Origin: an uncultured bacterium
GTDB lineage: Bacteria > Actinomycetota > Actinomycetes > S36-B12
DNA length: 64,000 nucleotides
Direction of reading: 5' to 3'
Assembly (NCBI GenBank): GCA_963707385.1
Contig: CAVPPK010000002.1
Coordinates: 354,673-418,672, forward strand
The position numbers and the translations under genes were made by a program. The notes beneath the pieces were generated by a model. It did not search any database. It saw nothing but the letters and a program-made list of their open reading frames with translations, and was not told the origin of the DNA. How positions within the stretch are numbered: the first letter of the stretch is position 1; every line of letters begins with the position of its first letter. Below are positions 38,142-48,764 of this stretch, piece after piece.

Positions 38142-39236
38142 ATGCGCAAGTCCATCTCCGCTGTCGCCCTTGTGGCGGCCGCCTCCATGACCGTGGTCGG
38201 CCTGGCGCCGGCAGCTTCGGCCGCCGACGGCGTCGAGGTCGCCAAGGCGGTCGTCGCCAAGTACTCGAAGGCCCCCACCTCGATCGGCAACCTCCCGATC
38301 ATCACGAACACGATCCCCAAGGGCAAGTACGTCATCACCATCACGAACGCGACTGACGCGGCCGTGACGCTGAACAAGTACACCGTCGAGGGCGGCAAGC
38401 TGCTCGGCTGGAAGATGGAGGCCCTTCAGGCCGAGAGCACCCTCGAGGGCCAGCGCAAGACGCTGCAGCAGGCAATCGCGAAGAAGCCGGACGGCATCGC
38501 CGTCTCGGGCATGGAGACCGATTCCTACGGCGACCTGTACAAGCAGGCTGCGTCCAAGGGCATCGCCATCATCTGCTCCGCGTGCATGAGCCGTCCGGGC
38601 AGTGGCCTCCTCGACTCGCACATCGCGGGCCCGAAGATGCTGGACCTGTGGGGCCAGATGATCGCCGCCTACGCGGTGGCCAACGTCAAGGGCACCCCGA
38701 ACGTGCAGATGTTCGGCATCTCGGTCTACCCGATCCTCCGTCGCTTCGACACCGCATTCGCGGCGTACATCAAGAAGCTGAACCCCGCCTCGAAGACCAA
38801 GTTCAACGAGCTTGACTTCGCCACGGGCGTGCCGCAGCAGGTCGGCAACGTCTACAAGGCCAACCCGGGCACGAACTTCGTGACCTCGGACCTCGGTGAC
38901 TTCTTCATCGGCGTTCCGCAGGGCCTGTTCAACGTCGGCGCCAAGCCCGGCTCGGCTCCGCAGATCGGCGGCCTCACGGCCGGCAAGGACGCCATCCAGA
39001 CGCTGAAGAACAAGACCACCAACGCCTGGACTGCGTACTCGCTGCCGATCGTCGGCTACAGCGTGATCGACAGCTTCGCCCGCTACTTCTCGAAGACCCC
39101 CTTCGCGAAGGCGGACCTGCCCACGCAGATCCTGACCCAGAAGAACATCGGCACCGCGGTGCTCACCTCCAAGGGTGACTACCTGGGCGTCAAGGACTTC
39201 CAGGCTCAGTTCAAGCGCGTGTGGGGCATCAAGTAG
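38142..39236 (+). CDS. ABC transporter solute-binding protein (sugar/PBP1-type), paralogue 2, intact; Sec signal without lipobox
   Basis: MRKSISAVALVAAASMTVVGLAPAASA-ADGV (AxA cleavage site, no Cys). 364 aa in a single frame and Lys-rich. Alignable with SBP-1 along its length. Confidence 0.85.
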   Translation: MRKSISAVALVAAASMTVVGLAPAASAADGVEVAKAVVAKYSKAPTSIGNLPIITNTIPKGKYVITITNATDAAVTLNKYTVEGGKLLGWKMEALQAESTLEGQRKTLQQAIAKKPDGIAVSGMETDSYGDLYKQAASKGIAIICSACMSRPGSGLLDSHIAGPKMLDLWGQMIAAYAVANVKGTPNVQMFGISVYPILRRFDTAFAAYIKKLNPASKTKFNELDFATGVPQQVGNVYKANPGTNFVTSDLGDFFIGVPQGLFNVGAKPGSAPQIGGLTAGKDAIQTLKNKTTNAWTAYSLPIVGYSVIDSFARYFSKTPFAKADLPTQILTQKNIGTAVLTSKGDYLGVKDFQAQFKRVWGIK

Positions 39237-39256
39237 GTCCCGAGCAGCACTGACGA

Positions 39257-39288
39257 CGAGGGCCCGGTCCACACGGACCGGGCCCTCG
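39257..39288 (+). terminator. Intrinsic terminator after SBP-2
   Basis: Stem cgagggcccggtcc / ggaccgggccctcg (14 bp), loop acac, followed by cgtttgcc. Confidence 0.8.
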
Positions 39289-39294
39289 CGTTTG

Positions 39295-39370
39295 CCTTAG
39301 TATCTTTACTTGACGTTCAGTAACATCCGGGGCAGAATCATCGCACCCCGTCAAGAGGAGTACGTCACCC
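39295..39370 (+). promoter_or_regulatory. Promoter/operator of Rieske-2
   Basis: Box TTTACTTGACGTTCAGTAAC (39305-39324). It embeds the -35-like TTGACG (39310-39315), then 17 nt, then the -10-like CAGAAT (39333-39338). GAGGAG RBS precedes ATG 39371. Confidence 0.5.
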
Positions 39371-40798
39371 ATGACCGAGCTCGCCTCCCCCCAGCGCCCG
39401 TCCACCGAGCCGCCGTCGCCGCGCTCGCCCGGGACGAGCGTCCAGGAGTACCTCGACAACGACGCCCGGCCGGTGCCCGCGGTGCTGCGCTACGACATCA
39501 ACGAGAGCCTCGGCACCGCAGCCGCTCGACGTGGAGCGGTACATCTCCCGGGAGTTCCACGACCGCGAGGTCGAGAAGGTCTGGCGCAAGGTCTGGCAGT
39601 TCGCCTGCCGCGAGGACCACATCCCCAACCCCGGCGACCACGTCACCTACGACATCGCCGACGACAAGCTGATCATCATGCGCCAGCCCGACGGCAGCAT
39701 CAAGGCGCTCTACAACGTCTGCCTGCACCGCGGCCGCGCCCTTCGCCAGGAGGGCGGCCGGGTGAGCGAGCTGCGCTGCCCGTTCCACGGCTTCTCCTGG
39801 AACATCGACGGCACCTCGAAGAACCGTTCCCTGCGCCTGGGACTTCCCGGAGATCGACCCTGACAACTTCCCGCTCCCCGAGGCCAAGGTCGCCACCTGG
39901 AACGGGTTCGTCTTCATCAACCAGGATCCCGACGCGGGGCCGCTCGAGGACTTCCTCGGCTCGATGCTCAACGACTGGGAGCGCTGGAACTACGACGACC
40001 GGGTCGTGTACTCGCACTTCGGCGGCGTCGTGAACTGCAACTGGAAGGTGGCCGGAGAGGCCTTCATCGAGGGGTTCCACTCGCTGGCGACCCATCCGCA
40101 GATGATGGAGTGGCTCGGCGACGAGAACACCCAGTACGACGTGATCAAGGGCGAGAACTGGAGCCGCCAGATCGTGCCGCAGGGCGTGCCCAGCCCGACG
40201 ATCGCCAACCACATCAGCGAGCAGGAGGTGCTCGACTCGTACTACGAGACGCGCGCCTTCTACACGCAGGGCAAGGGCCGCGACCTGGCCGTGGGCGACG
40301 ACGGCACGCCGCGCGTCCCGTCGGACTCGACGGCGCGACGCGAGCTCGCCGCTGCCATGCGGTCGGCGCTCGCGGAGCAGTTCGGCAACGACCAGGACCA
40401 CTGGACGGACTCCGAGCTCCTCGACGGCATCCAGTACTTCGTGTTCCCGAACTTCTACGTGTTCGCCGGGCCGCGCACGAACGCCATCTACCGCTTCCGT
40501 CCGCTGGGCAACGATCCGGACAAGTGCATCGCCGAGGTGTTCCTCCTCGCGCAGCAGCCCGCCGACGGCACGCCACCCGAAGCCGCCGGCGCCGCGCTGG
40601 CTGCAGCCGGGGGAGACGTTCTCCGACATCAAGGAGATCGGCCTCCTCGGCCCGGTCTTCGACCAGGACATGGCGAACATGCCGTTCATCCAGGAGGGGC
40701 TGAAGTCGATGCGGACCCCGGGCGTGCAGCTGGCCCGGTACCAGGAGAACCGGATCCGGCACTACCACCAGATCCTGGACGAGTGGCTGGCGAGGTAG
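39371..40798 (+). CDS. Rieske [2Fe-2S] oxygenase alpha subunit, paralogue 2 (distinct subfamily); about 3 frame interruptions
   Basis: CLHRGRALRQEGGRVSELRCPFHGFSW, NWKVAGEAFIEGFHSLATHPQ, C-terminus RYQENRIRHYHQILDEWLAR with TAG at 40796-40798. Confidence 0.8.
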
Positions 40799-40807
40799 AG
40801 CTGGACC

Positions 40808-41536
40808 TCAGTCCTGGTCGTAGCGCAGGACGTAGCTGACGCGGTCCATCCGGGCGCGCCGGCACACCCGCAGCACCGGCTCGCCGGTGGCACCGGCGGT
40901 CAGTCCGTCGCGGACCAGGATGGGCGATCCGGCCCGGATGCCGAGGATCTCGGCATCGTCGAGGGTGGCCGCGTCGGCCGAGATGGTGCGCCAGACGGGC
41001 CGCGGCTCACCGAGCACCACGTTCAGCTGGCCGTACAGGCCGGTCACGTTGTCCCAGTCGCCGGCCGGGTCCGCCAGCAGCGTGCGCGGGAACCAGGAGC
41101 TCGACCACATCCACGCGGCCCCGTTGACCATGAGGGCGTTGTCGATCCGCCACAGTGGGCCCGGGGGCAGCTCGAGCGTGTCGTTGAGTCCGTTCGAGCT
41201 CACCTTGGCCGCCCGGAGCAGGACGTCCTCGTAGGTGAGGCCGTGCTCGGCGATCTGCCCGGTCAGCCCCGCGACGAGAGAGTCGGTGGACAGCCGCTGC
41301 GAGAGCGGCAGCCGGACGATGGGGGCGCTCACGTAGGTGCCGGAGCCCTGCCGCGACTCGACCGCACCGGCGCGCGCGAGCTCCTCGATCGCCCGCCGCA
41401 CGGTCAGGCGGTTGACGCCGAGGTCCTCGGCGAGCCGGGACTCGCTGGGCAGCTTGTCCCCGGCCGCGTAGGTGCCGTCCGTGATCGACGCCGCGATCGC
41501 CAGACGCACGCGCTCGTACAGCGGCACTCCACCCAT
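40808..41536 (-). CDS. GntR-family transcriptional regulator, HutC subfamily (wHTH plus UTRA effector domain), intact
   Basis: PLYERVRLAIAASITDGTYAAGDKLPSESRLAEDLGVNRLTVRRAIEELARAGAVESRQGSGTYV. The C-terminal ~150 aa are UTRA-like. I prefer ATG 41536. Confidence 0.85.
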   Translation of the reverse strand: MGGVPLYERVRLAIAASITDGTYAAGDKLPSESRLAEDLGVNRLTVRRAIEELARAGAVESRQGSGTYVSAPIVRLPLSQRLSTDSLVAGLTGQIAEHGLTYEDVLLRAAKVSSNGLNDTLELPPGPLWRIDNALMVNGAAWMWSSSWFPRTLLADPAGDWDNVTGLYGQLNVVLGEPRPVWRTISADAATLDDAEILGIRAGSPILVRDGLTAGATGEPVLRVCRRARMDRVSYVLRYDQD

Positions 41537-41671
41537 GGCGGGACCGTATCGGGGCGCCGTGGCCGATGCATGCACAGGGAGCACTACGGCTCGGCGCGCC
41601 GCGGGCGCCCGGTCGCGCGCCGGGAGGCCAGCGCGATAGTTTCTTTAGACGGACTACAGTACGATCCCCCG
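41537..41671. promoter_or_regulatory. Divergent control region (GntR / NTF2-phosphatase-ALDH operon); candidate leaderless start
   Basis: TTTAGACGGACTACAGTACGAT (41644-41665). The -10-like TACGAT (41660-41665) ends 6 nt before GTG 41672 and there is no SD. Confidence 0.5.
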
Positions 41672-42212
41672 GTGACCGAATCCCTCGAACGACGTGTCCG
41701 CCGGCTGGAGGACCGCTTCGCCATCAACGACCTGGTGGTCGCCTACGCCACCCTCCTCGACGACGCCCAGTGGGACGCGCTGGGGGAGCTGTTCACGACC
41801 GACGGCGTCTTCGCGTCGCCGAACAGCACGACGAGCGGCCGCGCCGCGATCATCGAGAACTTCAAGGTCAAGCACGCGCCCTTCCCTGCCACGTGGCACG
41901 ACCCGCACGGCATCGCGGTGGAGTTCGACGATGACGACCACGCCCGTGGCACGGTGATCGGCTACGCCGAGCTGGGTCAGCCGGGGGTGACCATCACCAC
42001 GTCGATCCGGTACCAGGACGACTATCGCCGCGAGGACGGTCGCATGGCGATTCGCCAAGCGCCACGTCCTCAGCCTCTACGGCATGCCGTCGTCGGTGCT
42101 GGCTGCCGGCGGCCTGGGCGTGCGGGACCGCAAGCGCTGGCCCGGCCGCCCCGCCGGGCCGGCCGAGCTGCCGGACTTCGACGCGTCGCTACCCGGGGTA
42201 CCCCGGATGAGC
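41672..42212 (+). CDS. NTF2/SnoaL-like protein; frame interrupted near 42045; 3' end uncertain
   Basis: VTESLERRVRRLEDRFAINDLVVAYATLLDDAQWDALGELFTTDGVFASP...TTSIRYQDDYRREDGRW, then ...RHVLSLYGMPSSVLAAGG...RKRWPGRPAGPAELPDF in the next frame. Confidence 0.65.
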
Positions 42213-42953
42213 GGTGCAACTCTCGACCGCTCCGTCGAGCTCGGCGGTGTCTACAACGTCCGTGACCTCGGCGGCGTGCGCACGCAGGACGGGCACGTCG
42301 TCCGGCCGGGCATGCTCTTCCGTGCCTCGAGCCTGCATCGCCTGACGGACGAGGAGGCGTGGCGTGAGTTCGGCGCGGCCACGGTCATCGACCTGCGCTA
42401 CCAGAAGGAGATCGACGCCTTCCCGCTGCCCGACTTCATCGAGGATCCGACGCACGCGCCGGTGCTGCTGGAGGGCTGGCAGCGCGGACGCGAGGACCTG
42501 CGCCGCGATGACGACGCCGCGGAGCACCTGGCCTGGGTGTACGAGGTCATGCTCGAGCTCGGTCAGGACACCATCCGCCGCATCCTCGGCCAGCTCGCCG
42601 AGACCGAGTCGACGCCGGCGATCTTCTTCTGCATGGCCGGCAAGGACCGCACCGGCTTCGTCGCGGCCGTGCTGCTCTCGCTCCTGGGCGTCAGCGACGA
42701 GGACATCGCCGACGACTTCGCGCTCAGCGGCGACGAGGTGGTCGCCCTCGTGCGCTGGCTGAAGACCCGCGAGGACTTCGAGCAGCACCCGATGATGAAC
42801 CAGTCCGAGGACCTGCTGCGGGCGCCGCGTGGCGCGATGGAGCTGTTCCTCGCCCGCGTCACGGCGGAGCACGGCAGCCTGCGTGACTGGGTACTCACCC
42901 TCGACGTCCCGGCCGAGACCATCGACACACTGCGGGCCCGGCTCCTCGCCTAG
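42207..42953 (+). CDS. Tyrosine/serine phosphatase-like protein (CX5R), second copy, intact
   Basis: MSGATLDRSVELGGVYNVRDLGGVRTQDGHVV..., catalytic loop IFFCMAGKDRTGFVAAVLL, DIADDFALSGDEV. Single frame. Confidence 0.85.
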   Translation: MSGATLDRSVELGGVYNVRDLGGVRTQDGHVVRPGMLFRASSLHRLTDEEAWREFGAATVIDLRYQKEIDAFPLPDFIEDPTHAPVLLEGWQRGREDLRRDDDAAEHLAWVYEVMLELGQDTIRRILGQLAETESTPAIFFCMAGKDRTGFVAAVLLSLLGVSDEDIADDFALSGDEVVALVRWLKTREDFEQHPMMNQSEDLLRAPRGAMELFLARVTAEHGSLRDWVLTLDVPAETIDTLRARLLA

Positions 42954-42983
42954 CCCGCGTCACCACCCCGCCCTGGAGGAATC

Positions 42984-44444
42984 GTGATCGAGCGCAACGA
43001 CCTGTACATCGACGGCCAGTGGGTGACGCCCGCCGGCGGTGACGTCATCACCGTCGACGAGGCCGCCACCGGCGAGATCATCGGGACGGTGCCGGCAGGC
43101 GATGTCGTCGACGGCGAGCGCGCCATCGTCGCGGCCCGGCGTTCCTTCGACGAGTGGGCGCAGGTGCCGATCGCCGAGCGCGCCGACGTCGTGACGGCGA
43201 TCGCGACGGGCCTGCGCGAGCGCGAGGACGAGCTGGCGCGGATCATGGCGCAGGAGGTCGGCACGCCGCTGGCGACGTCGGTGCGCGTGCAGGTGGGTCT
43301 GGCCGCCTCGGTGTTCGAGACGATCGCGGAGGCCGCGCGCGAGCTGCCCGCGGAGGAGCGCATCGGCAACTCGATGGTCCTCCGCGTGCCGGCGGGCGTG
43401 GTCGGCGCCATCACGCCGTGGAACTACCCGCTGTACCAGCTCGCCGCCAAGGTCGGCCCGGCGCTGGCGGCCGGCTGCACCGTCGTCGTGAAGCCGAGCA
43501 GCGTCGCGCCGCTCGCGACGTTCGTGCTGGCGGACATCGTGGACGGGCTCGGCCTGCCGGCCGGCGCGTTCAACCTCGTCTCCGGGCGCGGCGCACTCGT
43601 CGGCGACCTGCTGTCGTCGCATCCCGAGGTCGACATGGTCAGCCTCACCGGCTCCACGGGGGCGGGCGTGCAGGTGGCCCGCTCCGCGGCGGGCACCATC
43701 AAGAAGGTGGCCCTCGAGCTCGGCGGCAAGTCCGCCTTCCTGCTCGCCGAGGGCGCCGACATGGACGCGGCGATGTCCGCCGCGGTGCGCGGCTGCTTCG
43801 TCAACAACGGCCAGACCTGCTCGGCGACCACGCGCCTCATCGTGCCGCGCTCGCTGCTGGCCGAGGTCGAGGAGCGCGTGGCCGCGGCGGTGAACGCCTA
43901 CGTCGTCGGCGATCCGCTCGACGCCGGCCACGGAGATCGGACCGGTGGCGTCGGCGGGCCAGTTCCGCACGGTGTCCAAGTACATCGAGATCGGCATGAG
44001 CGAGGGCACCCTCATCGCCGGCGGGCCCGGGCCGGTGGACGGCCTCGATCGCGGCTACTTCGTCAAGCCGACGGTGTTCAGCCGACTCGACCCCGGCGGC
44101 GAAGGTCGTGCAGGAGGAGATCTTCGGGCCGGTGCTCGCGATCGTCGCCTACGACGAGGGCATCGAGCAGGGCATCGCGATCGCCAACGACAGCGAGTTC
44201 GGGCTGTCGGGCGCCGTGTTCGCCGCCGACATCCCCGAGGCCGTCGCCATCGCCCGGCGCCTGCGCACCGGGCCAGGTGGCCGTCAACGGCGGTCGGTTC
44301 AATGCCAAGGCGCCGTTCGGCGGCTTCAAGACGTCGGGCGTCGGGCGCGAGCTCGGTCACCACGGCCTGATGGAGTACTTCGAGCTGCTGAGCCTGCAGT
44401 TCCCGTCGGCCGACGACCTGGGCTCGTTCGGGCAGACCGTCTAG
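42984..44444 (+). CDS. NAD(P)-dependent aldehyde dehydrogenase; about 3 frame interruptions
   Basis: [24 protein letters not shown], catalytic Glu ALELGGKSA, catalytic Cys [42 protein letters not shown]. Confidence 0.85.
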   Translation: MIERNDLYIDGQWVTPAGGDVITVDEAATGEIIGTVPAGDVVDGERAIVAARRSFDEWAQVPIAERADVVTAIATGLREREDELARIMAQEVGTPLATSVRVQVGLAASVFETIAEAARELPAEERIGNSMVLRVPAGVVGAITPWNYPLYQLAAKVGPALAAGCTVVVKPSSVAPLATFVLADIVDGLGLPAGAFNLVSGRGALVGDLLSSHPEVDMVSLTGSTGAGVQVARSAAGTIKKVALELGGKSAFLLAEGADMDAAMSAAVRGCFVNNGQTCSATTRLIVPRSLLAEVEERVAAAVNAYVVGDPLDAGHGDRTGGVGGPVPHGVQVHRDRHERGHPHRRRARAGGRPRSRLLRQADGVQPTRPRRRRSCRRRSSGRCSRSSPTTRASSRASRSPTTASSGCRAPCSPPTSPRPSPSPGACAPGQVAVNGGRFNAKAPFGGFKTSGVGRELGHHGLMEYFELLSLQFPSADDLGSFGQTV

Positions 44445-45089
44445 ATGGCGACGGCAGAGGAGCTCGGCATCGCGGAGCCGTGCGAGATCCTGCTCGTCCG
44501 GCACGCCGTGCCCGCAGCCGGACGGCACGCTGGATCCGGGTCTGGGCGACGAGGGCCTCGCCCAGTCGGCGTCGCTCGTCGACTACCTGGGCCCCGAGCG
44601 CATCGACGCCCTCTACTCCAGCCACCTGAAGCGCGCCGTGCAGACAGTCGAGCCGCTGGCGCGCCGAGCGCGGGCTGGACATCGTCGTCGACGAGGGCCT
44701 GCGCGAGTGGGTCTCCAACGCCAAGGCCTACATGGGCACCGAGGGCATGGTCGACACCGCTCGGACGAAGGCCTTCCTCGAGGGCCGGTACGAGGACGAG
44801 TTCATGCCGCCGCACAACGCCGACGAGCTGCGGGCCACGCATGCTGGCGACCATGCGTCGCATCGGACTCGCCCACCAGGGGCAGAAGGTCGTCGCGGCG
44901 AGCCACGGCGGCGCCTCGAACACCTTCCTGGCCGCCGTCCTCGACAGCCCGCGACGGTTCTTCTTCAACCCCGGCTACGCGTCGATCTCGCGGGTGCAGG
45001 TCTGGCCGGACGGCCGGTTCGTCCTGCTCTGCATCAACGAGCTGACCCATCCGCGCGACCGGGGCACCGACCTGCTGCCGATCGGCTGA
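44445..45089 (+). CDS. Histidine phosphatase family protein (3 of 3); about 3 frame interruptions
   Basis: ATG abuts the ALDH stop. [10 protein letters not shown] (RHA variant), [35 protein letters not shown]. Ends at 45089. Confidence 0.7.
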   Translation: MATAEELGIAEPCEILLVRHAVPAAGRHAGSGSGRRGPRPVGVARRLPGPRAHRRPLLQPPEARRADSRAAGAPSAGWTSSSTRACASGSPTPRPTWAPRAWSTPLGRRPSSRAGTRTSSCRRTTPTSCGPRMLATMRRIGLAHQGQKVVAASHGGASNTFLAAVLDSPRRFFFNPGYASISRVQVWPDGRFVLLCINELTHPRDRGTDLLPIG

Positions 45090-45170
45090 CGCCCCGCGCC
45101 CTTCCGCTCGGCAAGGGCAGATCGGGACCAAAGGCCCCACCGCGCGGCGACCGCGACGTCGTAGCCTCCT

Positions 45171-45206
45171 CTCAAGTCATCTACACAACTTGAGCGGAGT
45201 GCGTCC
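45171..45206 (+). promoter_or_regulatory. Operator-like inverted repeat upstream of Rieske-3
   Basis: CTCAAGT-N10-ACTTGAG (45171-45194) encloses AGTCATCTACACAACT (45175-45190), a degenerate copy of the dre-like palindrome. GGAG RBS precedes ATG 45207. Confidence 0.45.
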
Positions 45207-46476
45207 ATGACCGAGCTGATCGCCGAGGAGCAGAACCTCCAGCTCGAGGAGGAGGTCCCGCAGTGGCTGCGCAGCGACGTCCTCGACGGCGAGGCACGCG
45301 AGCAGGCCATGGCCATGATGCGCCGCCTGACGGTGCACCTGCGCGACAGGACGACCGACAGGCCGACTCCACGATGGAGGAGCCCATCGACAACTACCTC
45401 GACCCCGAGGTGTTCAAGGCCGAGGTCGACCTCATCTTCAAGCGCATCCCGCTGCCGCTCGCGCTCTCGGCCGAGCTGCCGCACAAGAACTCGTACAAGG
45501 CGATCGAGGCGGTCGGCGTACCCGGTGGTCATGACACGCGACGCCAAGGGCGAGGTGCACGCCATGCTCAACGTGTGCCGCCACCGCGGCGCGCTGCTGT
45601 GCGAGGGCCGCGGGCAGGCGCGGGCGCTGACCTGCCCGTACCACGCCTGGTCGTTCAGCATGGACGGCGGCGAGCTCAAGGGCGTGTACGGGGAGTCGAC
45701 GTTCGGCGAGTTCGACAAGAAGGACCGCGGCCTGATCGAGCTGCCGTGCGTGGAGCGGCACGGCGTCGTGTTCGTGTGCCTGACGCCCGGCCTGGAGATG
45801 GACATCGACTCGTGGCTGGGCGAGTGGGGTCCGCAGCTCGCCTCGCTCAAGCTCGACGAGTGCCACGTGTTCTCGTCGCGGATGATGCCCGGGCCCGAAC
45901 TGGAAGGCCACGATCGAGGGATACCTCGAGGCGTACCACTTCGCGGCCACGCATCCGAACACCGTGTTCAAGGTCAACCACGGCAACACGATGGTGTTCG
46001 ACGGGTTCGGCCCGCACGAGCGGCTGGGCTTCGCGCTCCGCACGATCGACGACGTGGTCGACGGGCCCGAGGAGGCGTGGGACCCGTCGCACCACGTGGG
46101 CCCGATCTTCTGGACGTTCCCGGGCTTCTCGATCGCCGGCGGCTGGCGGCAGCGGATGACGGTGGCCCTGTGCCTGCCGACGACGAAGGTGGACGAGTCG
46201 ATGACCGAGCATCGCATCGTGGTGCGGCACGCCATCGACGACACCGTCCAGCACGACCTCGAGGTCATGCGCGACTGGTTCTACGACGTCGTCTACAACG
46301 AGGACTACCTGACCCAGTACGGCGTGCAGACGGGCGTGCGGCGCCACCGGCGGGCACACGCAGGTCTTCGGCCGCAACGAGATCGGCGTGCAGTACCTCC
46401 ACCGGACGATCAACCGGCTCATCGACGAGAACCACGAGGAGGGCTACGCCCGGCCCCGGACGATCGACGCGGGCTA
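45207..46476 (+). CDS. Rieske [2Fe-2S] oxygenase alpha subunit, paralogue 3; about 4 frame interruptions
   Basis: CRHRGALLCEGRGQARALTCPYHAW, NWKATIEGYLEAYHFAATHPNT, C-terminus NEIGVQYLHRTINRLIDENHEEGYARPRTIDAG with TAG at 46474-46476. Confidence 0.8.
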
Positions 46477-46490
46477 GTCCCAGAGGTGCA

Positions 46491-46532
46491 TTGACATCCG
46501 ATAGTCGGCGCTCCATAGTTATCTAGACAACT
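46491..46532 (+). promoter_or_regulatory. Promoter with overlapping dre-like palindrome upstream of Rieske-4
   Basis: TTGACA (46491-46496), then 17 nt, then CATAGT (46514-46519). AGTTATCTAGACAACT (46517-46532) is palindromic in 14 of 16 positions. Confidence 0.55.
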
Positions 46533-46580
46533 TGGGTCGCCGGCTATCGGCGTGCCCTGCCTAGCGTGAGGAGTGCCCCC

Positions 46581-47841
46581 GTGGCCGACGTCGCCGAGAA
46601 GCTCGATCCCGAGGTCCTGCCGGAGTACGTCCCGAGCGACGGTGCTCGTCGGCGAGGCCCGCGAGGAGGCCGTCCGCATGATGCTGCGGCTCGCCGACCA
46701 CGTGCGGAACAAGACGACCGACCAGGCCGAGGGCAACTGGCAGGAGCCGGTCGAGAACTACGCCGACGAGGAGCTCTTCCGGGCCGAGGTCGAGACGATG
46801 TTCAAGCGGATCCCGCTGCCGCTGGCGCTGTCCTGCGAGCTCCCGGAGAAGAACTCCTACAAGGCCATCGAGGCCGTCGGGCTGCCCGTCGTCATCACGC
46901 GCGACGCCAAGGGCGAGGTGCACGCGATGCTGAACGTGTGCCGCCACCGCGGTGCGCTGATCTGCGCCGAGGGCACCGGCACCTCGCGGGCGCTGACCTG
47001 CCCGTACCACGCGTGGTCGTACGGCATGGACGGCGAGCTGCGCGGCATCTACGGCGAGTCGACCTTCGGCGACTTCGACAAGTCCGAGCGCAACCTGGTC
47101 CAGCTGCCCGTCGTCGAGGTCGCCGGGCTCATCTTCGTCTGCCTCACCCCGGGCCTGGAGATGGACATCGACGGCTGGCTCGGCGACTTCAAGCCGGTCC
47201 TCGAGGGCCTCAAGCTCGACGAGCTGCACCTGTTCTCGTCGCGGATGATGCCCGGCCCGAACTGGAAGGTCGTGATCGAGGGCTACCTCGAGGGCTACCA
47301 CTTCGCCTCGCTGCACCCGAACACCGTCTTCAAGACGAACCTGTCGCAACACCGGCGATCTTCGACGGCTACGGCGCCGCACGAGCGCGTCGGCTTCGCC
47401 CTGCGCAACCTCGAGAACAACATCAACGCCGGGGCGGACGTCGAGTCCCTGGACCCGTCGGCCAACGTCGGCGCGATCATCTGGCTGTTCCCGGGCATGT
47501 CCTTCGCCGGCGCGTTCCGCGAGCGCATGACCTGCTCGCTCGTCCTGCCGACCACCAGCGTCGACGCGTCCATGACCGAGCAGCGGGTGTTCACCCGCAC
47601 GCCCGTCACCGACGAGAACCGCGCACGACCTCGAGGTCTTCCGGGACTTCTTCTACGACGTCACCTACGGCGAGGACTACATCACCGGCTACGGCGTGCA
47701 GAAGGGCGTCAAGGCCGTGCCGGGCACCACCCAGCTCTACGGCCGCAACGAGCCGGGCGTGCAGTACGTCCACCAGACGATCAACCGGATCATGAAGGAG
47801 AACCACGCAGGACGGGCTACGCCCTGCCGCGCGAGGCCTGA
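46581..47841 (+). CDS. Rieske [2Fe-2S] oxygenase alpha subunit, paralogue 4 (tandem duplicate of 3); about 4 frame interruptions
   Basis: GTG start VADVAEKLDPEVLPEYVPSD. CRHRGALICAEGTGTSRALTCPYHAW. NWKVVIEGYLEGYHFASLHPNT. C-terminus ...GYALPREA ends at 47841. Confidence 0.8.
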
Positions 47842-47890
47842 CCGTCACCGCTCGACAGCGTCGCAGAAGCATGGACGACCAATTTTCTGG

Positions 47891-47930
47891 TTTCCATTGA
47901 CGGACTCCAGTAACTGGTGTGAGATGACCC
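47891..47930 (+). promoter_or_regulatory. Box upstream of the SDR / paralogue-3 / reductase operon
   Basis: TTGACGGACTCCAGTAAC (47897-47914). It combines a -35-like TTGACG with the GGAC..CAGTAAC box. Confidence 0.45.
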
Positions 47931-47978
47931 CACGGCGGTGACCGCTCTCGGGTCGCCCATGAGTCGCAGGAGTCCTTC

Positions 47979-48764
47979 ATGGCAGGTTCGCTCGACGGCA
48001 AGGTCGCCGTCATCACCGCAGGCAGCACCGGCATCGGCTTCGGCATCGCCCAGGCGTTCGTCGCCGAGGGTGCCTCCGTGGTGCTGGGCAACCGCTCCGA
48101 GGAGAAGGGCGCCCACGCCCTCGAGCGCCTCAACGTCGGCGACCGCGCCGTCTTCAAGAAGACCGACGCGCTGGTCCGCGCCGAGGTCGACGCGCTCATC
48201 GACTACGCCGTGGAGCACTACGGCACCATCGACATCCTCGTGAACTGCGCCGGTGGCTCCGACGGCTGGGCGATGATCGACTCGCTCAGTGACGAGGCCT
48301 GGCAGAAGGCCTTCGACTGGAACTGCAGCTCGGCGTTCTGGGCCACCCGTCGCGCGCTCGCGACCATGCTGCCCAAGGGCTACGGCCGCATCATCAACAT
48401 CTCCTCCATCGAGGGCAAGCACGCCTCGAAGATGGCCGTCAGCCACTACATCATGGGCAAGCACGCCATGAACGGCCTCACGAAGGCGACGGCCGCCGAG
48501 TACGCCACCCAGGGCATCCGCTGCAACGCGATCTGCCCCGGCCCCATCGAGACCGAGCTGATGCAGGAGGCCGGCGCCCAGGTCGCGCAGGCCGCCGGCA
48601 TCACCTACGAGCAGTTCCTCGACGAGTTCGCGCAGGACACCATGACCAAGGAGCTCAACACCGTCGAGCAGGTCGCCGGCATGGCCCTCCTGCTCGCCGG
48701 CCCGCTGGGCAACGGCATGACGGGCACGCTGTACAACGTCGACGCGGGCACCGTCCCCTACTAG
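47979..48764 (+). CDS. SDR family oxidoreductase, intact
   Basis: GKVAVITAGSTGIGFGIA, NCAG, ISSIEG...YIMGKHAM, RCNAICPGPIET. 261 aa in a single frame. Confidence 0.9.
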   Translation: MAGSLDGKVAVITAGSTGIGFGIAQAFVAEGASVVLGNRSEEKGAHALERLNVGDRAVFKKTDALVRAEVDALIDYAVEHYGTIDILVNCAGGSDGWAMIDSLSDEAWQKAFDWNCSSAFWATRRALATMLPKGYGRIINISSIEGKHASKMAVSHYIMGKHAMNGLTKATAAEYATQGIRCNAICPGPIETELMQEAGAQVAQAAGITYEQFLDEFAQDTMTKELNTVEQVAGMALLLAGPLGNGMTGTLYNVDAGTVPY

